From the IMG/VR virus record IMGVR_UViG_3300031521_000025, positions 1-64,000 of that record: a DNA stretch of 64,000 bases, one strand, 5' to 3'. Origin of the DNA: a virus. How positions within the stretch are numbered: position 1 is the stretch's first letter; each line of letters starts with the position of its first letter. Below the pieces are notes generated by a model. It was not told the origin of the DNA, searched no databases, and saw only the letters and a program-made list of their open reading frames with translations. Positions 24,568 through 35,141 of the stretch are shown piece after piece. Made by a program: the position numbers and the translations under genes.

Positions 24568-25407
24568 ATGAAAACTTGTTTAAAATGCAACAAAGAACAT
24601 AATGGATCTTTTGGGTCTGGAAACTATTGCTGCAAATCTTGTGCAAATAGTCATGTTAGAACTGATGAAAGCAAATTATTAACGTCAAAGTCAGTTAAGA
24701 ACAGTGAAAAGGTTATTCAAGCGGTAAAAGAAAGAAGCATCAAAAGAGAAGCTTTGAAAAAAAATAAAAAAACTATAGAAGAAAAATACCCTGATCGATC
24801 AAAAGTTTTTACTCAAAATAAAAAAGAAATTTTATTAAAAACACTAGAGTGGATTAATAATAAAAAGTCTTTAACTTATATATGTAATAAGTTAGAATGT
24901 AGTAGAAATACTTTAAAAAAATTTTTCAAAATAAATAAAATTATTTATAATGGAAACCAAGGAAACAAAGGAGTGTATGTAACAAACCCTTTGGTGGATA
25001 ACTTTAAAGGATCTATTGGTACAGTAAAACAAAGAATTAAAGATGAAAATTTATTAGATTATAGTAAATGTGGAGAGTGTGGAATAAAAGAATGGAATAA
25101 AAAAGAAATAGGTTTAGAACTACACCACAAAAACGGAAACAGAAAAGACAATAGATTAGAAAATTTAATTTACTTATGTCCTAATTGTCATTCACAAACC
25201 GATACTCATAGGGCTAAAAATAAAAAATATTTAAAAAAAATAACTTCAGAAGAACTTTTAGAAATATTAAAAAAAAGCAAAAGTATAAATGAAGCTTTAA
25301 AAGAAGCGAATATGAGTACATCTCAAACTAACTATGCAAGAGCTAAAAGACTTGTAAAAAAGTTTGAGCTATTTAAAGAAGATAACAACCCTTATAGTTT
25401 TAATTAA
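24568..25407 (+). CDS. HNH homing endonuclease
   Basis: CGECG...LELHHKNGNRKDNRLENLIYLCPNCHSQT; N-terminal Zn ribbon. Confidence 0.9.
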   Translation: MKTCLKCNKEHNGSFGSGNYCCKSCANSHVRTDESKLLTSKSVKNSEKVIQAVKERSIKREALKKNKKTIEEKYPDRSKVFTQNKKEILLKTLEWINNKKSLTYICNKLECSRNTLKKFFKINKIIYNGNQGNKGVYVTNPLVDNFKGSIGTVKQRIKDENLLDYSKCGECGIKEWNKKEIGLELHHKNGNRKDNRLENLIYLCPNCHSQTDTHRAKNKKYLKKITSEELLEILKKSKSINEALKEANMSTSQTNYARAKRLVKKFELFKEDNNPYSFN

Positions 25408-25412
25408 ACCTA

Positions 25413-26537
25413 TTAAATTAAAACAACCTTTTTCCCAATTAATTTCTCTAATTTTTCTATTAAGTATTTTTCAGCTTTTTTTTCAGCTACAGGTTCATCT
25501 ATTATCCCTGCTTTATATAATTTAGTATAATACTTAGGGTTATCATTAATATGATCTGTAGCTATTTTTTTTCGTAACTCATAAGAATTACCATGTTCTC
25601 TTTCTACCTCTACTCCTACTATAAATTCTGGGTTAGCTAACTTATAAGTTTGATAAAATTCTTTTTTTGCAATTCTATAAACTTCTTTTGTATCAGGGTT
25701 TATACATAAAAAATCACCTTTTTTAGCAACCATATTCTCACCCCAAGGAGCTAAAAATTTAAAAGTTTGCTTTAAATTGAATTTTTCTAAAAAAGCTTTA
25801 GAAATTTTTACAGCAATACATTCTCCAGTAGGTTCATATACATTTATGTCTGAAGTTGGAATATATCTAGTTTTAAATGTTTTATCATTTATCAAATATT
25901 GTTCTTTTGCTTCTGTTTCTATATTTGTAATAAGATAATCACCATCTTTCGCAACGTTTTCTGTTTCTTTTCCATCCGAAGTCATGGTTACTACTTTTTG
26001 ACCTTTTTTTGCAGGTACAGCTAATACTTTTGCAAACTTTTTAAATATTGTGCCTTCTTTTTCAATATACGAAGCAATATTTAACAATTCCATTCGTTCA
26101 AGTAAAATTTTCTTTTTATTGATACTTTCTGTCATAATCCAATTATTTTTATCTGATAAAGTTTCACTTATTTTAAATCCGAATTTGTTAATCATTATAT
26201 CTTTCATTTTTGGGTTAACAACCTCAATTTTCATCAAGTAATCATCTCCATAAATAGTTTTCAACTCTTCATATTCTTCAATAGCTTTAGTTATAAGAAT
26301 TTTACCTATACCTTCTCCATCGTAATCTTTTGAAACTGCAACATCCCAGGAAAAATCGTCAACATTATCAGATATAAATAAAACACCTACAATATCTTCA
26401 TCATCCATGATATAATAAAGTAATTCTTTACCATAATGAATTTTCAAATTTCTTTCTTTAGTTATTTCTAATGCTTTTTTATATATTTTTTTTTCAGCAT
26501 CTTTTGAAACATTGTATTTTATTAATTTATATGACAT
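25413..26537 (-). CDS. Multidomain protein: GNAT-like + PGDYG-like + DUF5661-like, C-terminal shared motif
   Basis: VAVSKDYDGEGIG (GNAT motif A), GDYL/APWG/GDFL, GVEVEREH..IATDH....YYTKL; ends YLIEKLEKLIGKKVVLI. Confidence 0.6.
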   Translation of the reverse strand: MSYKLIKYNVSKDAEKKIYKKALEITKERNLKIHYGKELLYYIMDDEDIVGVLFISDNVDDFSWDVAVSKDYDGEGIGKILITKAIEEYEELKTIYGDDYLMKIEVVNPKMKDIMINKFGFKISETLSDKNNWIMTESINKKKILLERMELLNIASYIEKEGTIFKKFAKVLAVPAKKGQKVVTMTSDGKETENVAKDGDYLITNIETEAKEQYLINDKTFKTRYIPTSDINVYEPTGECIAVKISKAFLEKFNLKQTFKFLAPWGENMVAKKGDFLCINPDTKEVYRIAKKEFYQTYKLANPEFIVGVEVEREHGNSYELRKKIATDHINDNPKYYTKLYKAGIIDEPVAEKKAEKYLIEKLEKLIGKKVVLI

Positions 26538-26550
26538 TGTATTTTTTTAA

Positions 26551-26904
26551 TTACAAACTCCAAATTTTATTAATAGTAGTAATATTTTTAACTACTTTTT
26601 CTTTTTTTCTTCTTTCTTTATATTCAAGAGAAGTTGAATACCTGAAACATTCTGTACAGCAAAATTTTCTATCTAAACCTTTTGATGTAACAATAAATTC
26701 TTTTTTGCAAAAATGATTTTTGCAAACTTTTTTAATAGTTCTTGGGTTGTGTGTTTTATGATATTCAACCATAGATCTACCTTGAACTTCATTTAAACAC
26801 TTTCTGCAGCAGTATTTTGCTTTATGTTTCCTCCAAGGTAATACAAAAAATTCTGAGCCACAATTATGACAAATAATTTTTATAGGTTCCTTTTTTTTGC
26901 ACAT
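26551..26904 (-). CDS. Cys-rich Zn-ribbon protein (homing-endonuclease-type DNA-binding modules, no nuclease motif)
   Basis: CHNCG..YCCRKC and CKNHFC..FCCTEC. Confidence 0.55.
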   Translation of the reverse strand: MCKKKEPIKIICHNCGSEFFVLPWRKHKAKYCCRKCLNEVQGRSMVEYHKTHNPRTIKKVCKNHFCKKEFIVTSKGLDRKFCCTECFRYSTSLEYKERRKKEKVVKNITTINKIWSL

Positions 26905-26938
26905 TTTGATAAAAAATTCTTATATTTAATATAAAACT

Positions 26939-27550
26939 ATGTTTAATTCACCAAGTTATAACTTTACAATACAAAACATCAGTGATAACAAATCTGATGT
27001 TTTAATTTTATGGACTTCAAGTAGTTTACTTGCAGGTGATGAAAGTTTTGTGAAAATTCATAACGAAGCAGGCTCTACTGTAAGAAAAGAAGTCTATAAT
27101 ATTAAATATGACTATAATACAAATAATTTTAAATTTGGAGATAATATTATTACGAATGCAGGTTTTTTAAAAACAGATAAGCTTGTTCACAGTGTTTTGC
27201 CAAATTATAAAATCATTTCTGATAAAAAACAAAGACTAGCTTTATTAAAAACAACATTGTATAATATAAACGAAACATTAAAATATTTTGAAAAAACTAA
27301 TTACAAGGTACTCAATATTACTTTTCTTCCTATATCAACAAAAATTTACGGAGAGGTTGATAAAGAAACAATTAATGTGTTTTTATCTTGCATTATAGAT
27401 TTTTTTAAAGATTTTCATTCTATTACTATAATATTTGATGATGAAAAAGATAGACAACAATATTTTAACGTATTTAAAAGAAAAAAAATTTATTTTTTAC
27501 AAAAAATTATAATATATGCAAAGTATTTCGGAATTAGTATTAAAATATAA
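26939..27550 (+). CDS. Macro domain protein
   Basis: NIS...DV, IHNEAG, ITNAGFL..K..HSV.P, PISTKIYG; catalytic loop diverged. Confidence 0.7.
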   Translation: MFNSPSYNFTIQNISDNKSDVLILWTSSSLLAGDESFVKIHNEAGSTVRKEVYNIKYDYNTNNFKFGDNIITNAGFLKTDKLVHSVLPNYKIISDKKQRLALLKTTLYNINETLKYFEKTNYKVLNITFLPISTKIYGEVDKETINVFLSCIIDFFKDFHSITIIFDDEKDRQQYFNVFKRKKIYFLQKIIIYAKYFGISIKI

Positions 27551-29897
27551 AGGACCTCACCCTTATTTAAAGATTTTAAGAAAAAAAATCGAAGACGGTT
27601 TCGAATTAGACGAAATGCAAATAAATATGGCAAGCAAAATGTTAGTATCGGTTGCTGCTATAAAAAAAGATAAAACCTTACTTCCTTTAGAGGAAATAAA
27701 AGATTTCAATGTAGATTGGAATAAATATTCAAAAAGACCGCCTTATAATCATCAAAAAATCGCAACTAATTGGCTTTTAAATAAAAATAAGGCAATTTTA
27801 GCAGATGATATGGGGCTTGGGAAGCGAATTGCAAATGATGTTCCTGTTTTAACTCCAGATGGTTGGGTGCTTCACGGATCTTTAAAAGTAGGTGATTATG
27901 TAATTGGATCAGATGGAAAAAAAACTAAAGTATTAGCAACTTATCCAAGTAATTCAGATAATTATTATACTATAACTTTTACTGATGGAACAAAAGTTGA
28001 ATCTTGCGAAAATCATTTATGGGCGGTTACAACATTAAATCGAAAAAAAAACAATTCTGGATATATAAATTTAACCATAAAACAAATGTTAGATAGAAAT
28101 CTAACATTAGAAAATGGAGAATGTAGCTATTATAAACTTAATGGAAATTGCAAATGGTATATTCCTATTGTAAAACCAGTAGAGTTTACTCCAAAACCTA
28201 TTGAACTTGATCCTTATTTAGTTGGAATGATATCTGATATCAAACAATTTATTGCAAAAAAATATAAATATAATTCTATTGATGTTAGACTTAGCTTACT
28301 ACAAGGAATATTAGATACTGAAAAAAGCACTTGTTTAGAAAATGGGTTAATTAAATATTACAGTAAATCAAAAGAATTTTTAAGTGATGTTAAAGAATTA
28401 GTACAATCTTTAGGTGGAACAGCTAAAGAAGAGCAATGTTTTTTGTTAATTAACTTACCTGAATGTATTGTTCCTTTTAATATACAAAGTAAAATTGAAG
28501 ATTTTTCTAAAAAAATCAGACATCAACCTTCAAGAGGTATAAAAAAGATTGAGTTTTCAAGAGAAACAAAAGGGCAATGCATAAAAGTAGATGCAGAAGA
28601 TTCTTTATATGTTATAGATAATTATGTTGTGACTCACAATACCCAGTCAATAGTAATGTCTATTCTTGAAAAGGATGAAAAAACCATTATCATTTGCCCA
28701 AAAACATTAAGGTTAAATTGGAAAATTGAACTTTCATGCTTTACTGATGAAAAGAAAATATCTATAATTGATAACAAATGGGTTGATAATAAAATTGTTA
28801 TTATTAATTATGATAAAATTCATAAATATGTAAACGAGATTGTAAAAGCCAAATTCAAATTAGTTGTTTCAGACGAATCTCATTATGTTAAAAACGGTAC
28901 AAAATCAAGAAGAGGTAAAGTTTTCAACAAAATAGCGAATAAATCAAAAGTTACTTGGTTAATTACAGGAACTCCTATGGCAAACAAACCTATGGATTTT
29001 TTTAATTTATTGAAAATTTGCAAACATGAATTAGGAAAAAATAAAGGTGATTTTGGAAGAAGATATTGTGATGGAAAACAAACCGATTTTGGTTGGGATT
29101 ATAGTGGAGCTTCAAACTTAAAAGATTTACATTATAGAACGCAAGATGTAATGCTTAGAAGATTAACAAACGAAGTTATCGAACTTCCAGATAAGCAAAG
29201 AATTCCATATTATTTAGAGTTTACATCATCTCAATCAAAAGCTTATTTAAAAGCAGTAGAAGATAAGTTTCAAGATATTTATAATAATGTAAGCAACCCT
29301 GATTCAGAACATTATCAAAAGAATTTATTTTCAGGAGAAGGGTTTATTGAACTTTCTGCAAAAAGAATGTTTTGTGCTTTAGAAAAACTTAAAGATGGGT
29401 CTTTAATAGAAATATTAGACAACTTCATTAGTCAAGGACATAAAATTGTAATATTCACAAACTTTACTGCAGTTATAAACTTTATAAAAGAAACATATGG
29501 TAAAAAATGTGTTATTTTAGATGGTAGTGTTAAAGAAAAACAAAGACAACAAAATATTGAAAAATTTCAAACTGATTCTTCTATAGATATTTGTGCTTGC
29601 AACTATATAGTAGGAGCTGAAGGAACTACTTTAACTTCGGCAACAATTATGATTATGAATGATTTGCCTTTTTCTCCTCACTTGGTACTACAAGCAGAAA
29701 AGCGTATTCATAGAATTGGTCAAAAAAATAAAGTACAAATATATTTTCCAATATATAAAAACACAAAAGACGAAGAAATATTTGAAGCTATAAAGCAAAA
29801 AATGGAATATATAAATACAGCGATTGATAACATAGATGGTGTAGATTTCAAATCTGAAGGGGATTTGATTAAATCATTAATAAAATCTAAGAAATGA
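27516..29897 (+). CDS. SNF2-family helicase with intein in Walker A
   Basis: ILADDMGLGK/[intein]/T, DESH, TGTP, QAEKRIHRIGQ. Confidence 0.92.
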   Translation: MQSISELVLKYKGPHPYLKILRKKIEDGFELDEMQINMASKMLVSVAAIKKDKTLLPLEEIKDFNVDWNKYSKRPPYNHQKIATNWLLNKNKAILADDMGLGKRIANDVPVLTPDGWVLHGSLKVGDYVIGSDGKKTKVLATYPSNSDNYYTITFTDGTKVESCENHLWAVTTLNRKKNNSGYINLTIKQMLDRNLTLENGECSYYKLNGNCKWYIPIVKPVEFTPKPIELDPYLVGMISDIKQFIAKKYKYNSIDVRLSLLQGILDTEKSTCLENGLIKYYSKSKEFLSDVKELVQSLGGTAKEEQCFLLINLPECIVPFNIQSKIEDFSKKIRHQPSRGIKKIEFSRETKGQCIKVDAEDSLYVIDNYVVTHNTQSIVMSILEKDEKTIIICPKTLRLNWKIELSCFTDEKKISIIDNKWVDNKIVIINYDKIHKYVNEIVKAKFKLVVSDESHYVKNGTKSRRGKVFNKIANKSKVTWLITGTPMANKPMDFFNLLKICKHELGKNKGDFGRRYCDGKQTDFGWDYSGASNLKDLHYRTQDVMLRRLTNEVIELPDKQRIPYYLEFTSSQSKAYLKAVEDKFQDIYNNVSNPDSEHYQKNLFSGEGFIELSAKRMFCALEKLKDGSLIEILDNFISQGHKIVIFTNFTAVINFIKETYGKKCVILDGSVKEKQRQQNIEKFQTDSSIDICACNYIVGAEGTTLTSATIMIMNDLPFSPHLVLQAEKRIHRIGQKNKVQIYFPIYKNTKDEEIFEAIKQKMEYINTAIDNIDGVDFKSEGDLIKSLIKSKK
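27825..28640 (+). mobile_element. Class 3 intein (272 aa), Arg1, degenerate endonuclease
   Basis: RIANDVPVLTPDGW...ENHLW...GQCIKVD...VVTHN/T (W-C-T signature). Confidence 0.85.
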
Positions 29898-30388
29898 AAT
29901 TAACTATAAATAATATAGGACAGTTTTTTGATCTTAAAAGATCTAACCCTAATAGTTTAAAACCAGGGATGCTTTATATGTTTGAATATAACGCTGATAA
30001 TATCCATGATCAAAGACCTTTAATTTGGGTTTTAGAAGTAAAATCAGATAGAATTTGGGGTTTAAATTTACATTATGATTTAAAAATATTAGCAGATATT
30101 TTAAAATTTAAAGAAAGCGAAATTAAAGGATCTACTTTAAAAGAAAAACAAAAGATACAAGACGAAAAGTTAAGACAAGATAAATTAAAAGGGAAAGATC
30201 TTTCTGAAAAAAATCCAAATGTAGTAGATTCAAAAATAAAAAATGATGAAACAACCGCTAAACTACCTTCAGATATATTAGAAAACTTTAGCAATTACTC
30301 TATAGGAAACAATTCCAAGATTTTAAGAAATTACTTAAATAGAAATATTCGAAATTCTTATAAATTATCTTTTAAAACACCTAAATAA
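29894..30388 (+). CDS. DNA end protector-like protein (T4 gp2-like)
   Basis: PGMLYMFEY...D..PLI...GLNLHY. Confidence 0.65.
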   Translation: MKLTINNIGQFFDLKRSNPNSLKPGMLYMFEYNADNIHDQRPLIWVLEVKSDRIWGLNLHYDLKILADILKFKESEIKGSTLKEKQKIQDEKLRQDKLKGKDLSEKNPNVVDSKIKNDETTAKLPSDILENFSNYSIGNNSKILRNYLNRNIRNSYKLSFKTPK

Positions 30389-30416
30389 CTTTCCTCTCAA
30401 GAAAGTTATTTTTTTT
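30383..30416 (+). terminator. Intrinsic terminator
   Basis: AAATAACTTTC-CTCTCAA-GAAAGTTATTT plus T-tract. Confidence 0.7.
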
Positions 30417-30463
30417 GTTCTTTTTTTAACTTTTTTTTATATTTAAAACAAAAAGTATATTAA

Positions 30464-30862
30464 ATGGCTGGGACTGGCGAAATATTTGATAAAAGAGTTT
30501 ATAATACATATCCTTATATAGTTTTACAAAAAGACATGTACAATGCTCATTTAGGAGAAAACTTAAATCTTTTTGCAAATGTTTATCAAAAGGATAATTT
30601 ATTTGGAGACAAACTCCCTTTAAATTTAGCTGGTTTAATTATTAACTTTAGAGTATATGATGAAAGTAGTAATTTGGTTGCCAAAAGTAAAAGTATGATA
30701 ACTAATTTCGAAACATCAGAAATAAATGCAATAATAGATCCTTTTTTTATTAAATCAAGTGGGATATATTATGGTTATTTTACTTTTTTAGATTTAGATT
30801 CAACTTCTTTTTCTTTACCAACTCCCAATAGTATAACAAGAATTAAAATGCAATTTAACTAA
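30464..30862 (+). CDS. Putative virion structural protein (BppU-like)
   Basis: PLNLAG..INF...G.YYGYF...LPT pattern; first gene of the tail fibre region. Confidence 0.45.
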   Translation: MAGTGEIFDKRVYNTYPYIVLQKDMYNAHLGENLNLFANVYQKDNLFGDKLPLNLAGLIINFRVYDESSNLVAKSKSMITNFETSEINAIIDPFFIKSSGIYYGYFTFLDLDSTSFSLPTPNSITRIKMQFN

Positions 30863-31185
30863 TGGATTATATAGATAAATCAAAAAAAACTGCCTTAGCT
30901 AATGCAATTGTAGTCACACCTAATACTTCAGAAGGGTTAGTTGCAGATAATATTAAAACTGAATTGCAAGGAAAAACAGCAATTGTAAAAGACCCAAATA
31001 CTTATCAAGTATTACATCATATTATTCTTAGAAACGTTAATGATTGGTATAGAGAAGGAAAAACGTTAGTTATTGAAGAAGTTAATAACACTATTCCTAT
31101 TAAATTAACTTTTATAACAAAATTTCATGCAGAAAGCGCAGATAATAGATTTACTAAAATAATGAATGGAGGAATTTTACTATAA
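30862..31185 (+). CDS. Hypothetical protein
   Basis: 107 aa, coupled ORF. Confidence 0.55.
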   Translation: MDYIDKSKKTALANAIVVTPNTSEGLVADNIKTELQGKTAIVKDPNTYQVLHHIILRNVNDWYREGKTLVIEEVNNTIPIKLTFITKFHAESADNRFTKIMNGGILL

Positions 31186-32546
31186 TGGCACTAAATCCAA
31201 ATAAATTTATAGCATCTTACAAAAATACTGACATTGCAATAGTTTTTTTAGATTCTAATGGAATAATTATAAAAAGTATTAACGTTTGTAGATATTTAAG
31301 CAATAATACAGAAGAAAACATTTTATGGGTATTACTTGAAGGAAATAAAACACTCACATTCGAGTTTGATACTGATGAAGATGCAATAATTGGTTCAAAT
31401 TTTCTTCAAGAAGCAGTAAATACTCTTTCAAATAATTGTCAAATTGGTGGATCTGGAGGCGGAGGAAGCGAACCAATCCCAGAACCTGTTGTAAAAACAT
31501 TAACTCAATATAAAACTTTAGCTAGTTCAGGAGAATTAATTCCTTTACAATGGTATGACGTTACAGATACTTTAAATTCTTTAGGACAAGGGTTAGGTCA
31601 AGTTTTTAGAATTTTAGCTTTAACTCCAGATGATTTATATCCACAAGGAATTGTTTTAGGTGTTGTAAAAAATAATGAAAAAATAATTTTTGATTTAAAT
31701 AGTAATAAGGTTTCGTTTTCAATTAACGTACAAGAAACTACTATCAAAACTCTAAATTCAACAGTTGCTTCAGTAAATTCATCGAAAATATTTGCGATAG
31801 CATCTCAAGGTCATGTTGAAAACTGCCAAGATCTATTTTTAGATAATTCAAATGTTAATTTGTTAAATTCTTTACACATAAGAACTTTTAACTCTAATAT
31901 TTCTTTGGAAAATTCAACAAATTGTGTTTTTGAAAATATTTCTGGAGATTTCAGCTCTTTAAATTTAAATAATATTTTTGTTAACAATTCAACATCTTTA
32001 GGAAAGCAAGGAAAAGAAACTTTAGCTTTATCTTCTAATAATGTTAGTTTAACAGCATATGAAAACAAAATTGTTCAAATTTTAGAAGGAACTTTAACTT
32101 CACATGTTATAATTACATTAGTTAATCCTATAGCTGCGGCAAATGCAAGTTTTATAGTTAATATAAGTCCAACATTAGTATTTTCAAATAAAACAATTAG
32201 TATTAAAGATAATTTATCTTCTGAAGTTTTATTAATTATTAAAGAAGGAGATAATGGAAAAACATTTGATTTTAAATACGAAGCAGGAAGTTTTTACACT
32301 TTAGGTTTATTAGACAATTCTATAATAAAAACAAGTTTAACAGTAGATGTTGATAATAAAACAATCTTCTCAAACGTTTTAAACTTTACACCATCTTCTT
32401 TAGAAAATTCTCAATTATACGTTAACGGTATAAAATACGTTTATGGAAATTCTGAAGATTACCATATAGATAATAAAGATTTAATATGGTCAAATAAAAA
32501 ATTTAAATTAGAAACAACTGATAAAGTTGAAATATATTATTGGTAA
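31185..32546 (+). CDS. Putative tail/virion structural protein
   Basis: Gly linker, beta-helix-like N/S-rich repeats, C-terminal LYVNG..Y..DY..L.W....L...D.V...Y module. Confidence 0.55.
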   Translation: MALNPNKFIASYKNTDIAIVFLDSNGIIIKSINVCRYLSNNTEENILWVLLEGNKTLTFEFDTDEDAIIGSNFLQEAVNTLSNNCQIGGSGGGGSEPIPEPVVKTLTQYKTLASSGELIPLQWYDVTDTLNSLGQGLGQVFRILALTPDDLYPQGIVLGVVKNNEKIIFDLNSNKVSFSINVQETTIKTLNSTVASVNSSKIFAIASQGHVENCQDLFLDNSNVNLLNSLHIRTFNSNISLENSTNCVFENISGDFSSLNLNNIFVNNSTSLGKQGKETLALSSNNVSLTAYENKIVQILEGTLTSHVIITLVNPIAAANASFIVNISPTLVFSNKTISIKDNLSSEVLLIIKEGDNGKTFDFKYEAGSFYTLGLLDNSIIKTSLTVDVDNKTIFSNVLNFTPSSLENSQLYVNGIKYVYGNSEDYHIDNKDLIWSNKKFKLETTDKVEIYYW

Positions 32547-35101
32547 TGCAAGAAGGAAGCGTACAATCAAAACAAATTAGCAGAATATTAAGTGGATATA
32601 TTAATATTCCAAATTTTTCTGTTACTGCAAATAGTAGTAGTGTAAATGTTTTTTCATCATTAACTACAATAATAGCAACAGCTGGGTATAAAAATAACCC
32701 TTTAGCTGTAAAACAATCTACTAATGAAACTGAAGACGGTATTATATTTAGTGGTAATAATATAGTTTTAATTAATAAAGTAGCAAGCAATAGAAAAGTT
32801 TTTTCTAACAATTTTGAAGTTTATGGGAAAATAAACTATATAGATTTAACTAATTTTACTGTAAATTTTTATTATTTAACACAATCAGGTATAGAAACTA
32901 GTTATACTTTTACTCAAACAACTAATGTTTCTTTAAAAATACCTTATAGATATTTTTTACATGACTTTCCTTCTGATTCTATTATTAATTTAAAATCTTT
33001 AATTAAAGGAGAAACAGAAGAATCAACAGCTTCTACTCCTGGGTCTTCAAAATCTGATACTTGGAATAATAGTGTAATCGATGTTGTTAATGATCCTTTA
33101 TCTTTATTATTATCTAACGGAGATAAATATTTAGTAGGAACACAACCTATGGGTGATTTTTCTGATTACGAAAATCAAATAGCAACATGGAATGATCCAG
33201 TTTGGTCTTTCGAAGCTCCAACAGATGGTTATACTATAAAAAGTAAAAACTTAGATACAGCATTATATCAATATAACGGAGATTTTCCTTCAGGAGAATG
33301 GATTATTCAACCTTTTTTAACAAGTTCTTTAGGATTACCTTCTAGCGGTACTTGGAATGATGGCCTTTTTAATTTTGAATCATCTACTTCAGTTGACGCA
33401 ATTAGTGAGTTAAACAAAATTATTTTAGCATTAGCTCCTCCAGCTGCACCTGTTTTAACTTCATGGAATGAATTATCAGGAACTCCAAAAGTTTCAGGAA
33501 AAATGAGTTTTAGTACATCTACTCCTTTAATTAACTATAGTCCAGCAGATGCAAACGGAATCCCTAATCCAATTGGACTAAATGGAATTTTTCAATTATC
33601 AGGAAGTAGATTAGGTATTACTTCTAATGGTGGAAACAAATTGTCAGGATTATTTAACTATGATGTTCCTGTAAGTAATACATTACCTACACCTTCTTAT
33701 ATAGCTTGTTCTTTTAGTAAAGCAGATAAAGGTAATTTAGTTTTATATATTAATGACATAGAGGTAGCAAATATTAATTTAGCGAACTCTTCATTAGCTG
33801 TAGATACTACTTTAGGTGGAACACAAACAGGTCTTTATGTATCAGCTTCGTCGTCTGCGCATTTTTCTTCAGGAGCTTCTTTTGATGGAATAAAACATAG
33901 AATAGGAAGTTGGGTTGTTATAAAAAATTCTTTAAGATCAGGGTATAATAAAATACAAGTTAAACATATAGTTTCTTTAGGTGAAATAAAAACTTTAAAT
34001 GCTTTTGATATAGTAGTTGATCGAGATACTACAGCAACTACTTTCAATACACCTACTTTTGGCGCACTTACTTTTTCTCCTAGTTTGAATTATTTATCAG
34101 GGATAGCTTTTTACAGAACAGGAACAGCTCCATATAGTGTTATAATATCTAATGCTTACAAAAATACTTATAATTTAGATAATGACGCTATTTCTTTCAA
34201 TTCTTCAAATGGTTGTAGTATAGCTTCTCAAGCAATTCCTGTAAACACTTCAGGAATTACGCAAACTATATCAATTAATACAACAGCAACTATTAATTCT
34301 TCTTTATTAGTAAAAGAACCTGTTTCTACATTTTGTACTGTTAAAAGAACAGTTCAAGCAACAACTGCGAGTTTAGCAGCTACTATAAATGATATTTTAC
34401 TAGATAATTCTTCTGATTTAAATACTAATTATATAGAAAAATTCACAAGTGAAAGTAGAAGATTACCTTCTACATTAGATTTTGATAATTTTAATTCTTT
34501 CTTATCGTCTACTTGGAATAGTTATTATTCTTTAAAAGATGGAGGCGTTGGGTATAATAACGGATTACAAGTTGTAAAAAATCAATTAATTTATCCAGGA
34601 AAAAATATTAATATCCCTGGAGATTTTAGAACATCAAATATAACAAATGGACCAGTTTTCAACAACGGAGGCAGTTATGGAGGTCCAAGAAATTATTCAG
34701 GAGGAATGACAGCAATAGGAGATAGAACTTATTGTCGTTATTTTAGACAAGTTTCCCCTACAACATCTAATTTTATTTTAAAAATAAAAGGAAATTCTGT
34801 AGTATTCGTTCCTATGACAACTTTATTGTCAAGTGTTGCGAATAGTTGTCGTGTAGAATTAAAAGCTCCTAGTCAAACAGGATGGTTAGATTGCTATAAT
34901 GATTTTGAAACAGAAATGTTTACAGATGGCAAAGGATGTAGAAGTGCTTCTTTAGGAATAGGAAGAGATTTAAATACAGATTGGGGTTTAACAATAGGAA
35001 CAAAAAGTATAGCGAATACAGGTGGGTATTTAGTTTTAAGAATAACTGTAGGACAAAATTTTACAGGAAATATAAGTGAAATTGCAATGCAATTTGTTTA
35101 A
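32546..35101 (+). CDS. Putative tail/virion structural protein with DUF2793-like module
   Basis: ATG at 32546 (TAATG overlap); GDKYLVG...G.F....NQIATW...W.F.AP.DG; S/T/G rich. Confidence 0.6.
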   Translation: MQEGSVQSKQISRILSGYINIPNFSVTANSSSVNVFSSLTTIIATAGYKNNPLAVKQSTNETEDGIIFSGNNIVLINKVASNRKVFSNNFEVYGKINYIDLTNFTVNFYYLTQSGIETSYTFTQTTNVSLKIPYRYFLHDFPSDSIINLKSLIKGETEESTASTPGSSKSDTWNNSVIDVVNDPLSLLLSNGDKYLVGTQPMGDFSDYENQIATWNDPVWSFEAPTDGYTIKSKNLDTALYQYNGDFPSGEWIIQPFLTSSLGLPSSGTWNDGLFNFESSTSVDAISELNKIILALAPPAAPVLTSWNELSGTPKVSGKMSFSTSTPLINYSPADANGIPNPIGLNGIFQLSGSRLGITSNGGNKLSGLFNYDVPVSNTLPTPSYIACSFSKADKGNLVLYINDIEVANINLANSSLAVDTTLGGTQTGLYVSASSSAHFSSGASFDGIKHRIGSWVVIKNSLRSGYNKIQVKHIVSLGEIKTLNAFDIVVDRDTTATTFNTPTFGALTFSPSLNYLSGIAFYRTGTAPYSVIISNAYKNTYNLDNDAISFNSSNGCSIASQAIPVNTSGITQTISINTTATINSSLLVKEPVSTFCTVKRTVQATTASLAATINDILLDNSSDLNTNYIEKFTSESRRLPSTLDFDNFNSFLSSTWNSYYSLKDGGVGYNNGLQVVKNQLIYPGKNINIPGDFRTSNITNGPVFNNGGSYGGPRNYSGGMTAIGDRTYCRYFRQVSPTTSNFILKIKGNSVVFVPMTTLLSSVANSCRVELKAPSQTGWLDCYNDFETEMFTDGKGCRSASLGIGRDLNTDWGLTIGTKSIANTGGYLVLRITVGQNFTGNISEIAMQFV

Positions 35102-35141
35102 TAAATAATTAAGAGAGAACAAACAAATAAAACTATAAATA

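Noticed and set aside
24568-25407. HNH gene as part of the tRNA attenuation system
   Set aside because: It has its own ATATTTAA motif at 24539, and free-standing homing endonucleases beside phage tRNA clusters are common.
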